A stretch of DNA of 33,764 bases from a virus (IMGVR_UViG_3300032226_000257:1-33764); one strand, 5' to 3'. Counted from the stretch's first letter, positions 17,659 through 24,911 are shown. Translations and numbers: made by a program. The notes: a model not told the origin generated them from the sequence alone.

Positions 17659-17792
17659 TTGCTCTCCCTCTTTTCTGTGATTGCGTTAATTTGATAGCTC
17701 TCTTCCTCATCAAGATTAAGGAAGTTATCCCAATCCCACTTGGCGGGGTTTGTGGGAGTAGTAATCTCAAAGGTAATTGTGTAGGTATTCAT
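17655..17792 (-). CDS. Hypothetical early protein (45 aa)
   Basis: MNTYTITFEITTPTNPAKWDWDNFL...; ATGA coupling at both ends. Confidence 0.65.
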   Translation of the reverse strand: MNTYTITFEITTPTNPAKWDWDNFLNLDEEESYQINAITEKRESK

Positions 17793-17911
17793 TTGCTCTC
17801 TCCTTTATAGTCCATTAGGTAGCCCTCTGCCTTACAGCTAGTGCAGGTGTCGGAGAGGTTGCCCTCTTGCCCTGCCTCGCACCAGTTACAGCGTGTCAAT
17901 AGGTCATTCAT
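17789..17911 (-). CDS. Zn-ribbon micro-protein (40 aa)
   Basis: MNDLLTRCNWC...CTSCKAEGYLMD; ATGA coupling. Confidence 0.65.
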   Translation of the reverse strand: MNDLLTRCNWCEAGQEGNLSDTCTSCKAEGYLMDYKGESK

Positions 17912-18066
17912 TCGCTCTCCTCCTTTACCTCTCCGCTCTCACACGCACTGCACGTGAAAGAGTTGTACTCGTTATGGTCGAACAGACTGCCGCACGTATC
18001 GCACTCTATGAAGTCTGAAGTGTCATTGAACGCGGGATCGAATGCGTAGTAGCTATCGGTGCCCAT
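17908..18066 (-). CDS. Zn-ribbon micro-protein (52 aa)
   Basis: MGTDSYY...ECDTCG...TCSACE; TGATG coupling. Confidence 0.65.
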   Translation of the reverse strand: MGTDSYYAFDPAFNDTSDFIECDTCGSLFDHNEYNSFTCSACESGEVKEESE

Positions 18067-18224
18067 CACTCCCCCTCCGCACAATCGTCACAGTTGACGG
18101 CGTCGTCTCTCTGTATGAGGTCGCACTGCTGGCAGTTAATTTCGTGGTCTTCCTCGCTGTGAATTGTGTGAACCGCTCCCTCTGCCCCACAGTTAGGGCA
18201 CTCTAAAGAGTTCCACTCGTTCAT
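18066..18224 (-). CDS. Zn-ribbon micro-protein (52 aa)
   Basis: MNEWNSLECPNCG...CQQC...CDDC; TAATG coupling and GGAGG RBS. Confidence 0.65.
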   Translation of the reverse strand: MNEWNSLECPNCGAEGAVHTIHSEEDHEINCQQCDLIQRDDAVNCDDCAEGE

Positions 18225-18547
18225 TATCGCCCCTCCTCTACATCTACTAGGTAGCTCGCATAGTCCCACAGGGCAGAGCCTTCCTTTACTTCTTTCGTCG
18301 CTGTATCAAACCAATCAGAGAAGCGGTAAATTATTTTCTTAATGCCGTCCTCATTATGTGTAATCTCTAGGTAATCAGACGGACCGCCATACGATAGGCA
18401 GACAGTAGTGACCTTATCGGTGTCAATGGAGAGGATAATCTCCTCCTCATTCTCACCAAGATTATCAAGCAGCTCTCTTACTTGTGCCTCACGGCTCGCC
18501 AGCTCTTCGCCTATGCGGTCCTTGCAGCTTGTCTCTTTAGTGCTCAT
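18224..18547 (-). CDS. Hypothetical acidic early protein
   Basis: 107 aa with LSYGGPSD...YRFSDWFD motif. Confidence 0.75.
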   Translation of the reverse strand: MSTKETSCKDRIGEELASREAQVRELLDNLGENEEEIILSIDTDKVTTVCLSYGGPSDYLEITHNEDGIKKIIYRFSDWFDTATKEVKEGSALWDYASYLVDVEEGR

Positions 18548-18592
18548 TCTCTTGCTCTCTCTTTCTCTTGTAGTTTGCCCTACTGCCTTAGC

Positions 18593-18639
18593 TGTAGGCT
18601 ACCACACTCTACCACATAGGCAGAGCGTGATAGTCCACA
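18593..18639 (-). other. Long intergenic RNA hairpin, candidate RNase III processing site
   Basis: Minus strand CTATCACGCTCTGCC-tatgt-GGTAGAGTGTGGTAG pairs over 15 bp including three G-U pairs, and extends by TGTGG/CTACA. Confidence 0.6.
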
Positions 18640-18640
18640 T

Positions 18641-18766
18641 CTATTCGCACTCTCTTCTAATATCTTTGCCGCAATCTTGGCAGAAGATTAGGTAGCACTT
18701 CGTGCCGTCTAGGTGTCGCAGGCAGGGCGTAAGCCCCTCCTCCTTCTGTAAGCAATCGTGACTCAC
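18641..18766 (-). CDS. Cys-rich micro-protein (41 aa)
   Basis: MSHDCLQKEEGLTPCLRHLDGTKCYLIFCQDCGKDIRRECE; GTGA coupling. Confidence 0.55.
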   Translation of the reverse strand: MSHDCLQKEEGLTPCLRHLDGTKCYLIFCQDCGKDIRRECE

Positions 18767-18981
18767 TCCTTCTCCTCCTCATCCTCGAACCCGCACAATT
18801 CATCTTCGCCGTGATACTCCTCGCAAGTGTCGCACTTATCGAACCAACCTTGCACAGTGAACTCTTCTCCGCACTTGTCGCAATCGTTGCCGTAGAGCGT
18901 GCCATCTTCTCGGTCATAGGTGCCCTCACCTTCCAGCACTTGCCCGCACTCACACTCTGATGCGTAGCTAGTCGTCTCCAT
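18763..18981 (-). CDS. Acidic Cys-rich early protein
   Basis: 72 aa; CEC, CDKC, CDTC; TAATG coupling. Confidence 0.7.
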   Translation of the reverse strand: METTSYASECECGQVLEGEGTYDREDGTLYGNDCDKCGEEFTVQGWFDKCDTCEEYHGEDELCGFEDEEEKE

Positions 18982-19124
18982 TACTTGCCCTCCCTTTCTC
19001 TTATCTTAAAGAATATGCGGCAGCCTAGCTCTAGCAAGCCCCACAAGATAACACCCTGCACGGCCAGCGATAGCAAGCCTCCGGCCAGCTCTACGAATTG
19101 AGCGCCGATCGATTCCCTCTTCAT
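18981..19124 (-). CDS. Small membrane protein (47 aa)
   Basis: MKRESIGAQFVELAGGLLSLAVQGVILWGLLELGCRIFFKIREREGK; TAATG at both ends. Confidence 0.65.
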   Translation of the reverse strand: MKRESIGAQFVELAGGLLSLAVQGVILWGLLELGCRIFFKIREREGK

Positions 19125-19228
19125 TACTTGCCCTCCTTGTGGTTATCGTTACAGCATTCGCAATAGCGATTGAGATTAGCGTGACCGCAAGAGTCACACC
19201 TATCCGGTGACATAGCTCCCCCTGCCAT
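19124..19228 (-). CDS. Cys-rich micro-protein (34 aa)
   Basis: MAGGAMSPDRCDSCGHANLNRYCECCNDNHKEGK; TAATG at both ends. Confidence 0.6.
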   Translation of the reverse strand: MAGGAMSPDRCDSCGHANLNRYCECCNDNHKEGK

Positions 19229-19431
19229 TACTTGCCCTCCCTTTCCAATGTATCGCAGGCATCTAGCCACGCCTGCGGATTCTGCCGTACTAGCGTCATC
19301 TCTGATACGCCGTAGCTCTTGTATAGCTCTGCGTCCGCGCACCCTTGCGCGTCCGAGGTAGTAAGCCCCTCGCCCTCAAGCTCTGCAACGAGGGCGCGGT
19401 ATTCGCGGATATATTCGATAGCCGTAATCAT
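19228..19431 (-). CDS. Hypothetical early protein
   Basis: 67 aa with V.ELE.EGLTTSDAQG..DAE motif. Confidence 0.7.
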   Translation of the reverse strand: MITAIEYIREYRALVAELEGEGLTTSDAQGCADAELYKSYGVSEMTLVRQNPQAWLDACDTLEREGK

Positions 19432-19584
19432 TTACTTATACTCCGCCCAGATGTCGGTCTCTTCGATGCCTTCGCCGTAGACTTCACGGAGATAGTCGAG
19501 GGCGTAGCGAACGCCTTCGGCGTATGCCATTGTAGATTGCTTACGCATCTCTGCGGCGTTAGCTTGTATCTCTTTCATATCCAT
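19432..19584 (-). CDS. Hypothetical early protein (50 aa), directly downstream of the ribozyme
   Basis: MDMKEIQANAAEMRKQSTMAYAEGVRYALDYLREVYGEGIEETDIWAEYK; AAGGAGG RBS. Confidence 0.7.
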   Translation of the reverse strand: MDMKEIQANAAEMRKQSTMAYAEGVRYALDYLREVYGEGIEETDIWAEYK

Positions 19585-19609
19585 TTACTTGCCTCCTTCT
19601 GTAGCTGAT

Positions 19610-19659
19610 GACCTCATCAGTAGCCGAGTAACGGCTAGACGCCTCACGGCGTTTCGGTC
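19610..19659 (-). ncRNA. Type II hammerhead ribozyme
   Basis: Minus strand: GACC GAA ACGCC gtga GGCGT C TAGCCG ttact CGGCTA CTGATGA GGTC. All core nucleotides (GAAA, GUC triplet, CUGAUGA) and three Watson-Crick stems are present; predicted cut between 19638 and 19637. Confidence 0.93.
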
Positions 19660-19763
19660 TATAGCTCTACGAGCCTATCGTCCGTGAATTGCTCGCAGTA
19701 CTTGCAGACTTGCATACCACGGACTACGGAAGCTACCTTCCGAGCTGAGCATATCTCGCACAT
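19659..19763 (-). CDS. First early gene, Zn-finger micro-protein (34 aa)
   Basis: MCEICSARKVASVVRGMQVCKYCEQFTDDRLVEL; AAAGGGG RBS just downstream of the promoter. Confidence 0.65.
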   Translation of the reverse strand: MCEICSARKVASVVRGMQVCKYCEQFTDDRLVEL

Positions 19764-19793
19764 ATTTACCCCTTTCCCTCGCGGTGTGCGCCC

Positions 19794-19822
19794 ATTATTG
19801 CCTATGGGGTATAGCGTGTCAA
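19794..19822 (-). promoter_or_regulatory. Housekeeping-sigma promoter for the early operon
   Basis: TTGACA (19822-19817), 17 nt spacer, AATAAT (19799-19794). Confidence 0.75.
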
Positions 19823-19838
19823 GCCCATTTAGCTATTT

Positions 19839-19864
19839 ATTTGATAACGATTTGATAACGATTT
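19839..19864. repeat. 11-bp tandem direct repeat
   Basis: ATTTGATAACG twice, plus ATTT. Confidence 0.85.
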
Positions 19865-19958
19865 CCGGTGAGCTTGTGTCGATATGTCGACAATTAGAAG
19901 TGGTTGAAGATTCAACTATCTCTGCAAGTTACCGGCGAGTAACGTTACTAGCGGGTAA

Positions 19959-19974
19959 TCGAACAGTTGTTCGG
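19959..19974. promoter_or_regulatory. LexA (SOS) box, Gram-positive/actinobacterial type
   Basis: TCGAAC-AGTT-GTTCGG against the consensus TCGAAC-N4-GTTCGA. Confidence 0.75.
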
Positions 19975-20073
19975 ATCTTTACATAATGGGGCAGATTGTC
20001 AACCATTTACAGTTACAGCTTAAATGTCTAGGGTGCCGGAGCTGGAGTCAGCCCTCCATTTTTTTACAGAAAC

Positions 20074-20118
20074 TTATCCACAACCCTTATCCACAGCTGG
20101 GGACAAACCTGTGGACAG
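20074..20118. promoter_or_regulatory. Cluster of four DnaA boxes
   Basis: TTATCCACA at 20074-20082 and 20087-20095; inverted TTGTCCCCA (20098-20106) and CTGTCCACA (20110-20118). Confidence 0.8.
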
Positions 20119-20236
20119 CCCACAACGCGCTCGGGCGCGTCCCCCCGTGTTAAAATCTGGCGCGGGTGGTCCCTATACTCCCCAGAAAAATATATTTCCT
20201 AAAGTGAAAGTGGCTCTGACCTGCGGTTATACTGTA

Positions 20237-20252
20237 TGTGTTACAACTCACA
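20237..20252. promoter_or_regulatory. CRP/GlxR-like site
   Basis: TGTGT-N6-TCACA, one mismatch from TGTGA-N6-TCACA. Confidence 0.45.
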
Positions 20253-20550
20253 GTAGTAAATGTGAGAAATCGAGTCCAATACTCGCCTTATATATAGTAG
20301 GGGAGAAAAGTACGGGGAAGTAGTTTTCGAGCAGTGCGCTACGGGGTGAAACCCCTTCGCGTAGCCCCCTAGGGCGAAGCGAGCTGTACCACTAAATGCG
20401 GGATAGGTCTATCTAAATCTAGATCACTGATATCCCAGTATGTGAGACAATCTGCCCAGTAGTGAAATCGAAGATTTCTATTAAAAGTTGCAACTTCCCT
20501 AGTATAAAAGAAGAGCCATCACGGCCGATTTTTAGAAAAGGAATACCAGT

Positions 20551-20700
20551 ATGATTATCTACGAGTCAGACCGTAAGAACAAGAAGCACTACACGGCGTC
20601 CCGCCGTAAGGCTGACCAAGAATTTTTGAAGCAAGCACGCCGCCGAATCGCGGCAGCTATTCTGGTAGAAGAGGCCCGACGCAAGGAAGCCAATGCCTGA
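20551..20700 (+). CDS. Small basic protein (49 aa) upstream of terminase
   Basis: MIIYESDRKNKKHYTASRRKADQEFLKQARRRIAAAILVEEARRKEANA; AAAGGA RBS. Confidence 0.55.
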   Translation: MIIYESDRKNKKHYTASRRKADQEFLKQARRRIAAAILVEEARRKEANA

Positions 20701-22552
20701 AAATAGCGCCGACATAGCCAAGAGGATTATCCTCGGCTGCGTCGCAGAAGGTATGACCATCGACGCCGCTTGCGGCTCAGCTGGCAAGTCGATAAAGACG
20801 TATGAGTACTACCGTCGCACAGATAAGATTTTTGCAGACAAGGTAGATCGTACTAGGCTAGGGCTTAAGGACAAGCAGTTCCAAGGTGGAGACGTTCACG
20901 ATATTGACTTCGTGACCTTTCGCCAGAAATTCTTGCACTCCAAGACTTTTCCACATCAGGTAAACCTGATAGATGTGATTGAAGGACGTGAGCCTAGTTG
21001 GCTCCATCCCAGTATGAAGTTTGAACCAGGCCTGGCTAGCAACCGCGTTCTGATTAACATACCGCCAAACCACGCCAAGTCGATTACGGTCACCGTCGAC
21101 TACGTGACGTGGAAGGTAGCCCAGAACCCGAACTTCCGAGTTTTGATTGTATCCCAGACCCAGCAGTTAGCTGCCGACTTTCTCTACGCCATCAAGCAAA
21201 GACTGACGCATCCTATGTATGCAGACTTGCAGAGCGCTTATGCTGCTGGCGTAGGGTTTAATTCTAAGTCAGCTTCTTGGCAGGCAACGCGAGTCACCTT
21301 CGGTGATGAACTCCGTGAGTCTAGTGAGAAGGACCCGAACATTGAGGCCGTCGGTATCGGCGGTCAGATTTACGGCAAGCGTGCCGATATGATTATTGTA
21401 GATGACGCGGTCACCTTAAAGAACGCTAATGAGTTTGAAAAGCAGATACGTTGGTTGACCCAGGACGTGCGATCTCGTCTTAACCCTACCGGTAAGTTAA
21501 TTGTTATTGGAACCCGTGTAGCCTCGGTGGACCTATATCGAGAACTTCGTAATGAGGACCGCTACCCAGGCGGTCAGGTCCCTTGGAAGTATCTGGCGAT
21601 GCCAGCACTGCTGGAGATAGATGAGGACCCCGACAAGTGGGTTACCTTATGGCCTGCCTCAGATGCTCCATTCGATGGACAAGAAGAATCTGATAAGAAC
21701 GAAGACGGTCTATATCCTAGATGGTCTGGTCGTAACTTATATAACGAACGCCAAGCTATGGATGCAGGAACCTGGGCGCTGGTCTACCAGCAACAGGACG
21801 TATCCGAGAACGCTGCCTTTGACCCAGTATGTGTACGTGGCTCTATGGACGGAATGCGTAAAGCAGGACGTTTGGAGATGGGACACCCAGGGCACCCGAA
21901 AGACTTAACAGGCTTCAGTTTTATCTGTGGTATGGATCCGGCCATTGTCGGAGATACCGCCGCTGTCTGTTACGCCATTGACCGTACTACCTCTAAACGC
22001 TACATCGTAGACGTTATTAAGATTACTAAGCCTAGCCCGCAGCAGATTCGTGACATCATCATTAACTGGACGCAGCTCTACAGCCCGTCCGAGTGGATTA
22101 TTGAGAAGAACGCCTTTCAGGCTTTCCTTACTCAAGATGAAGGTATCCGTATGTTCCTTGCAGGACGCGGTGTAGTTCTTAAAGAACACCATACCGGTTC
22201 TAATAAGTGGGATTCAGGCTTCGGTGTGGCATCTATGGCCACCCTCTTTGGTACTAAGCAAGCAGATGGTAAGCACCATCGAGATAACTTGATACACCTA
22301 CCTAGTGATCAGACAGAGAACATCAAGGCTCTAGTAGAGCAGTTGATTACGTGGACGCCAACAACTAAGGGTAAGACCGATATTGTGATGGCGCTCTGGT
22401 TCTGTGAGATTCGAGCACGTGAGATGCTCAACTACGGCCAGTACGCAACGCACCACCTTAAGAATCCTTTCCTCTCCAGGGCGGAGTTGGGAAAGCGAGT
22501 AGTTGTCAACATAGATGAACTACTAGCACAACAGAATCAAACATTCGTCTAG
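20693..22552 (+). CDS. terL: Terminase large subunit with N-terminal HTH extension
   Basis: Walker A variant PPNHAKS, Walker B IIVDD, coupling motif IGTR, nuclease GMDPA, IEKN and DIVMALW. Confidence 0.93.
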   Translation: MPENSADIAKRIILGCVAEGMTIDAACGSAGKSIKTYEYYRRTDKIFADKVDRTRLGLKDKQFQGGDVHDIDFVTFRQKFLHSKTFPHQVNLIDVIEGREPSWLHPSMKFEPGLASNRVLINIPPNHAKSITVTVDYVTWKVAQNPNFRVLIVSQTQQLAADFLYAIKQRLTHPMYADLQSAYAAGVGFNSKSASWQATRVTFGDELRESSEKDPNIEAVGIGGQIYGKRADMIIVDDAVTLKNANEFEKQIRWLTQDVRSRLNPTGKLIVIGTRVASVDLYRELRNEDRYPGGQVPWKYLAMPALLEIDEDPDKWVTLWPASDAPFDGQEESDKNEDGLYPRWSGRNLYNERQAMDAGTWALVYQQQDVSENAAFDPVCVRGSMDGMRKAGRLEMGHPGHPKDLTGFSFICGMDPAIVGDTAAVCYAIDRTTSKRYIVDVIKITKPSPQQIRDIIINWTQLYSPSEWIIEKNAFQAFLTQDEGIRMFLAGRGVVLKEHHTGSNKWDSGFGVASMATLFGTKQADGKHHRDNLIHLPSDQTENIKALVEQLITWTPTTKGKTDIVMALWFCEIRAREMLNYGQYATHHLKNPFLSRAELGKRVVVNIDELLAQQNQTFV

Positions 22553-22560
22553 GAGACAAA

Positions 22561-22740
22561 ATGGCATTAACACCAAGCTACAAGGCTGAAACAACAGAAG
22601 AGCATTACATCAACAAGGGTGCTGTAACAACACCTCAGACAAACCCAGTAGTTGAATCAAAGTACGCAGCAGGCAAGGCACAAGCTGCAGCAACAGACAA
22701 AGTCGAATGGCCAACAAAGGTCGCAGGACGCACTAACTAA
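22561..22740 (+). CDS. Hypothetical protein (59 aa)
   Basis: MALTPSYKAETTEEHYINKG...; AGGAG RBS, fills the gap between terL and portal. Confidence 0.7.
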   Translation: MALTPSYKAETTEEHYINKGAVTTPQTNPVVESKYAAGKAQAAATDKVEWPTKVAGRTN

Positions 22741-22748
22741 GGATTACA

Positions 22749-24506
22749 ATGCTAACAGTTAAAGAGGTTACCGCTAAGGTAGCTCGCTTGCAGACGAAGT
22801 ACGCAGCACGCGATGCTCGTATGCGCGACGTCCTTTCGGTACGTCAGGGAGACATCTCCAAGGTCTACCCTTCTATGTTTTCTGATGAGTACCCAAAGCC
22901 ACTCGTCGCCAACATTATTGACGTCGCCGCACGTGACCTCGCAGAGTCAATGGCACCACTGCCATCATTTAACTGTTCAGCATCTAATACCGTTTCCGAT
23001 ACAGCACGCAAGGCAGCAGACCTACGTGGACGTATTGCAAACTATTACGTAGATCGTTCAGAGCTTGGCGTACAGATGTACACCGGCGCTGACTGGTACA
23101 ACACATATGGAATGCTTATCGGTCGCGTAGAACTTGATTACGAGAACGATAACCCAATCATTAAGATGATTAACCCGTTTGGTGCGTACCCAGAGCTTGA
23201 CCGTTTCGGTCGTTGCCTATCTCTTACCCAGATTGTGGGTATGGATGGACAGACTTTGGCTTCTATGTACCCAGAGTTTTACAATGAAATCGTCGGAACT
23301 AACCAGTACACACCAGGTTCTCCGTACCTATCACTAGTTCGTTACCACGATAAAGACCAAGACCTTATCTATCTACCAGATCGTAAGGGATTAGTTCTAT
23401 CTAATACACCTAACCCAATCGGTGAATGTATGGTTCGCGTTGCTATGCGACCATCTATCGATGGTGAAGCACGCGGTCAGTACGATGACGTGCTCGGTGT
23501 ACAGCTTGCTCGTGCACGCTTTGCAGTCCTACAGATTCAGGCAGCAGAGAAATCTATCCAAGCACCTATTGCTATCCCACAGGATGTGCAAGAACTTGCT
23601 CTCGGACCAGATTCTATTATGCGTTCTGCCAACCCACAAGGTATTCGTCGCGTTCCACTTGAACTTCCAGCCGGTGTATTCGGTGAGTCTGGGGTCCTTG
23701 AGCGTGAACTTCGTACCGGTGCTCGCTATCCAGAAACACGCGGTGGTAACTCAGACGCTTCTATCGTTACAGGTCGTGGCGTACAGGCTCTACAGGCTGG
23801 ATTTGATACACAGATCAAGGCAGCGCAGTCACAGTTTGCTCGCTTGTTTGTAGAGATGATTGGTCTTTGCTTTAAGACTGATGAGAAAATCTTTGGTAGC
23901 CGCCAGAAGGAAATTCGTGGCGTCGATGACGGCACACCGTACACAATCAAGTACGTACCTTCTAAGGCTATCAACGGTGACTACACAGTAGATGTCCGTT
24001 ACGGCATTATGTCTGGTATGAACCCAAACAACGCAACAGTGGCTCTGCTACAGATGCGTTCAGACAAGTTGGTATCACGCGACTATGTACGTCGTGAACT
24101 TCCTATCGAAATCAACGTCGGTCAGGAAGAGCAGAAGGTTGATATTGAAGAGATGCGCGATGCACTTCGTGCAGCTATCGGGCAGACCGCTCTTGCAATC
24201 CCACAGATGGTTGCACAGGGTCAAGATCCAATGAAGATTATTACCTCCTTTGCAGAGATGATTAAGAATCGTCAAAAGGGTATGAGTATTGAAACTGTTG
24301 TGGAGAAGGCGTTTACGCCTGAACCTCAGCCAGCAGCTCCAGAGATGGGGATGCAACCTCCAGTAGCAGGTGCGGCCTCCGCTCCTGCCTCGCAGCCAAT
24401 TCCAGGACAACCTGGCGGTATGGCCCCTGCTGCTGGTGGTGCCCCTGCACCTGAAGGCAGACCAGACATTGCATCATTGCTCGCATCAATCGGCGGCGCG
24501 GCATAA
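22749..24506 (+). CDS. Portal protein
   Basis: 585 aa after the terminase; helical with a Pro/Gln/Ala-rich tail as in podovirus portals. Confidence 0.85.
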   Translation: MLTVKEVTAKVARLQTKYAARDARMRDVLSVRQGDISKVYPSMFSDEYPKPLVANIIDVAARDLAESMAPLPSFNCSASNTVSDTARKAADLRGRIANYYVDRSELGVQMYTGADWYNTYGMLIGRVELDYENDNPIIKMINPFGAYPELDRFGRCLSLTQIVGMDGQTLASMYPEFYNEIVGTNQYTPGSPYLSLVRYHDKDQDLIYLPDRKGLVLSNTPNPIGECMVRVAMRPSIDGEARGQYDDVLGVQLARARFAVLQIQAAEKSIQAPIAIPQDVQELALGPDSIMRSANPQGIRRVPLELPAGVFGESGVLERELRTGARYPETRGGNSDASIVTGRGVQALQAGFDTQIKAAQSQFARLFVEMIGLCFKTDEKIFGSRQKEIRGVDDGTPYTIKYVPSKAINGDYTVDVRYGIMSGMNPNNATVALLQMRSDKLVSRDYVRRELPIEINVGQEEQKVDIEEMRDALRAAIGQTALAIPQMVAQGQDPMKIITSFAEMIKNRQKGMSIETVVEKAFTPEPQPAAPEMGMQPPVAGAASAPASQPIPGQPGGMAPAAGGAPAPEGRPDIASLLASIGGAA

Positions 24507-24524
24507 CTTCTAGGGAGGTGAAAT

Positions 24525-24665
24525 ATGAACAAGGGAACACAAGCACCAGCATCTATGTCTAAGCCAATTCACGGCGCAGCAGGAGCAGGAGCACGAGTAA
24601 CAGGTGGCGAAGTTAAGCAGCCATTCGCTGGAACACCAAAGCCAGGCAAGAAAGTAAAGAAGTAA
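24525..24665 (+). CDS. Small basic protein (46 aa)
   Basis: GGAGGTG RBS; MNKGTQAPASMSKPIHG...KKVKK. Confidence 0.65.
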   Translation: MNKGTQAPASMSKPIHGAAGAGARVTGGEVKQPFAGTPKPGKKVKK

Positions 24666-24692
24666 AGACTTTTTAGAAAGCGGGTGTACTGG

Positions 24693-24911
24693 ATGGATGG
24701 TAACAAGGTTCCTCGTCCAGTACGCCCCGCTGACTTCTTGGTCGTAGTAACAGAGTTCTTTTACAATATGTCACAAGTATTTACAGGACTAGCGGAGTCC
24801 TTGATGGAGCTATCCATCTATAATGCAAACCGCAAAACAGAATTGAACAAAGCGTGGGAAAACTTCGCTACAGATTTAGAAACTATTCAGGAGGATACAG
24901 ATGGCGCTTGA
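24693..24911 (+). CDS. Hypothetical protein
   Basis: About 72 aa, helical; start 24684 or 24693. Confidence 0.6.
   Translation: MDGNKVPRPVRPADFLVVVTEFFYNMSQVFTGLAESLMELSIYNANRKTELNKAWENFATDLETIQEDTDGA

Noticed and set aside
16066-19608. Plus-strand ORFs in the early region (e.g. 16245..16526, 17463..17810, 18408..18695, 19345..19608)
   Set aside because: Antisense shadows of a tightly coupled minus-strand gene chain with good RBSs.
19605-19660. Second hammerhead on the plus strand (CTGATGA at 19605-19611)
   Set aside because: No GAAA core or NUH site in the right geometry; the motif is the other arm of the CTGATG/CATCAG hairpin.
19976-20003. Complete dif (XerC/D) integration site
   Set aside because: Only the XerD-like arm TTATGTAAA matches; the XerC arm is poor, so it is kept only as a possible half-site.
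19684-20323. Plus-strand ORFs 19684..19986 and 20024..20323
   Set aside because: No RBS or protein-like features; they run across the promoter and motif array and are probably spurious.
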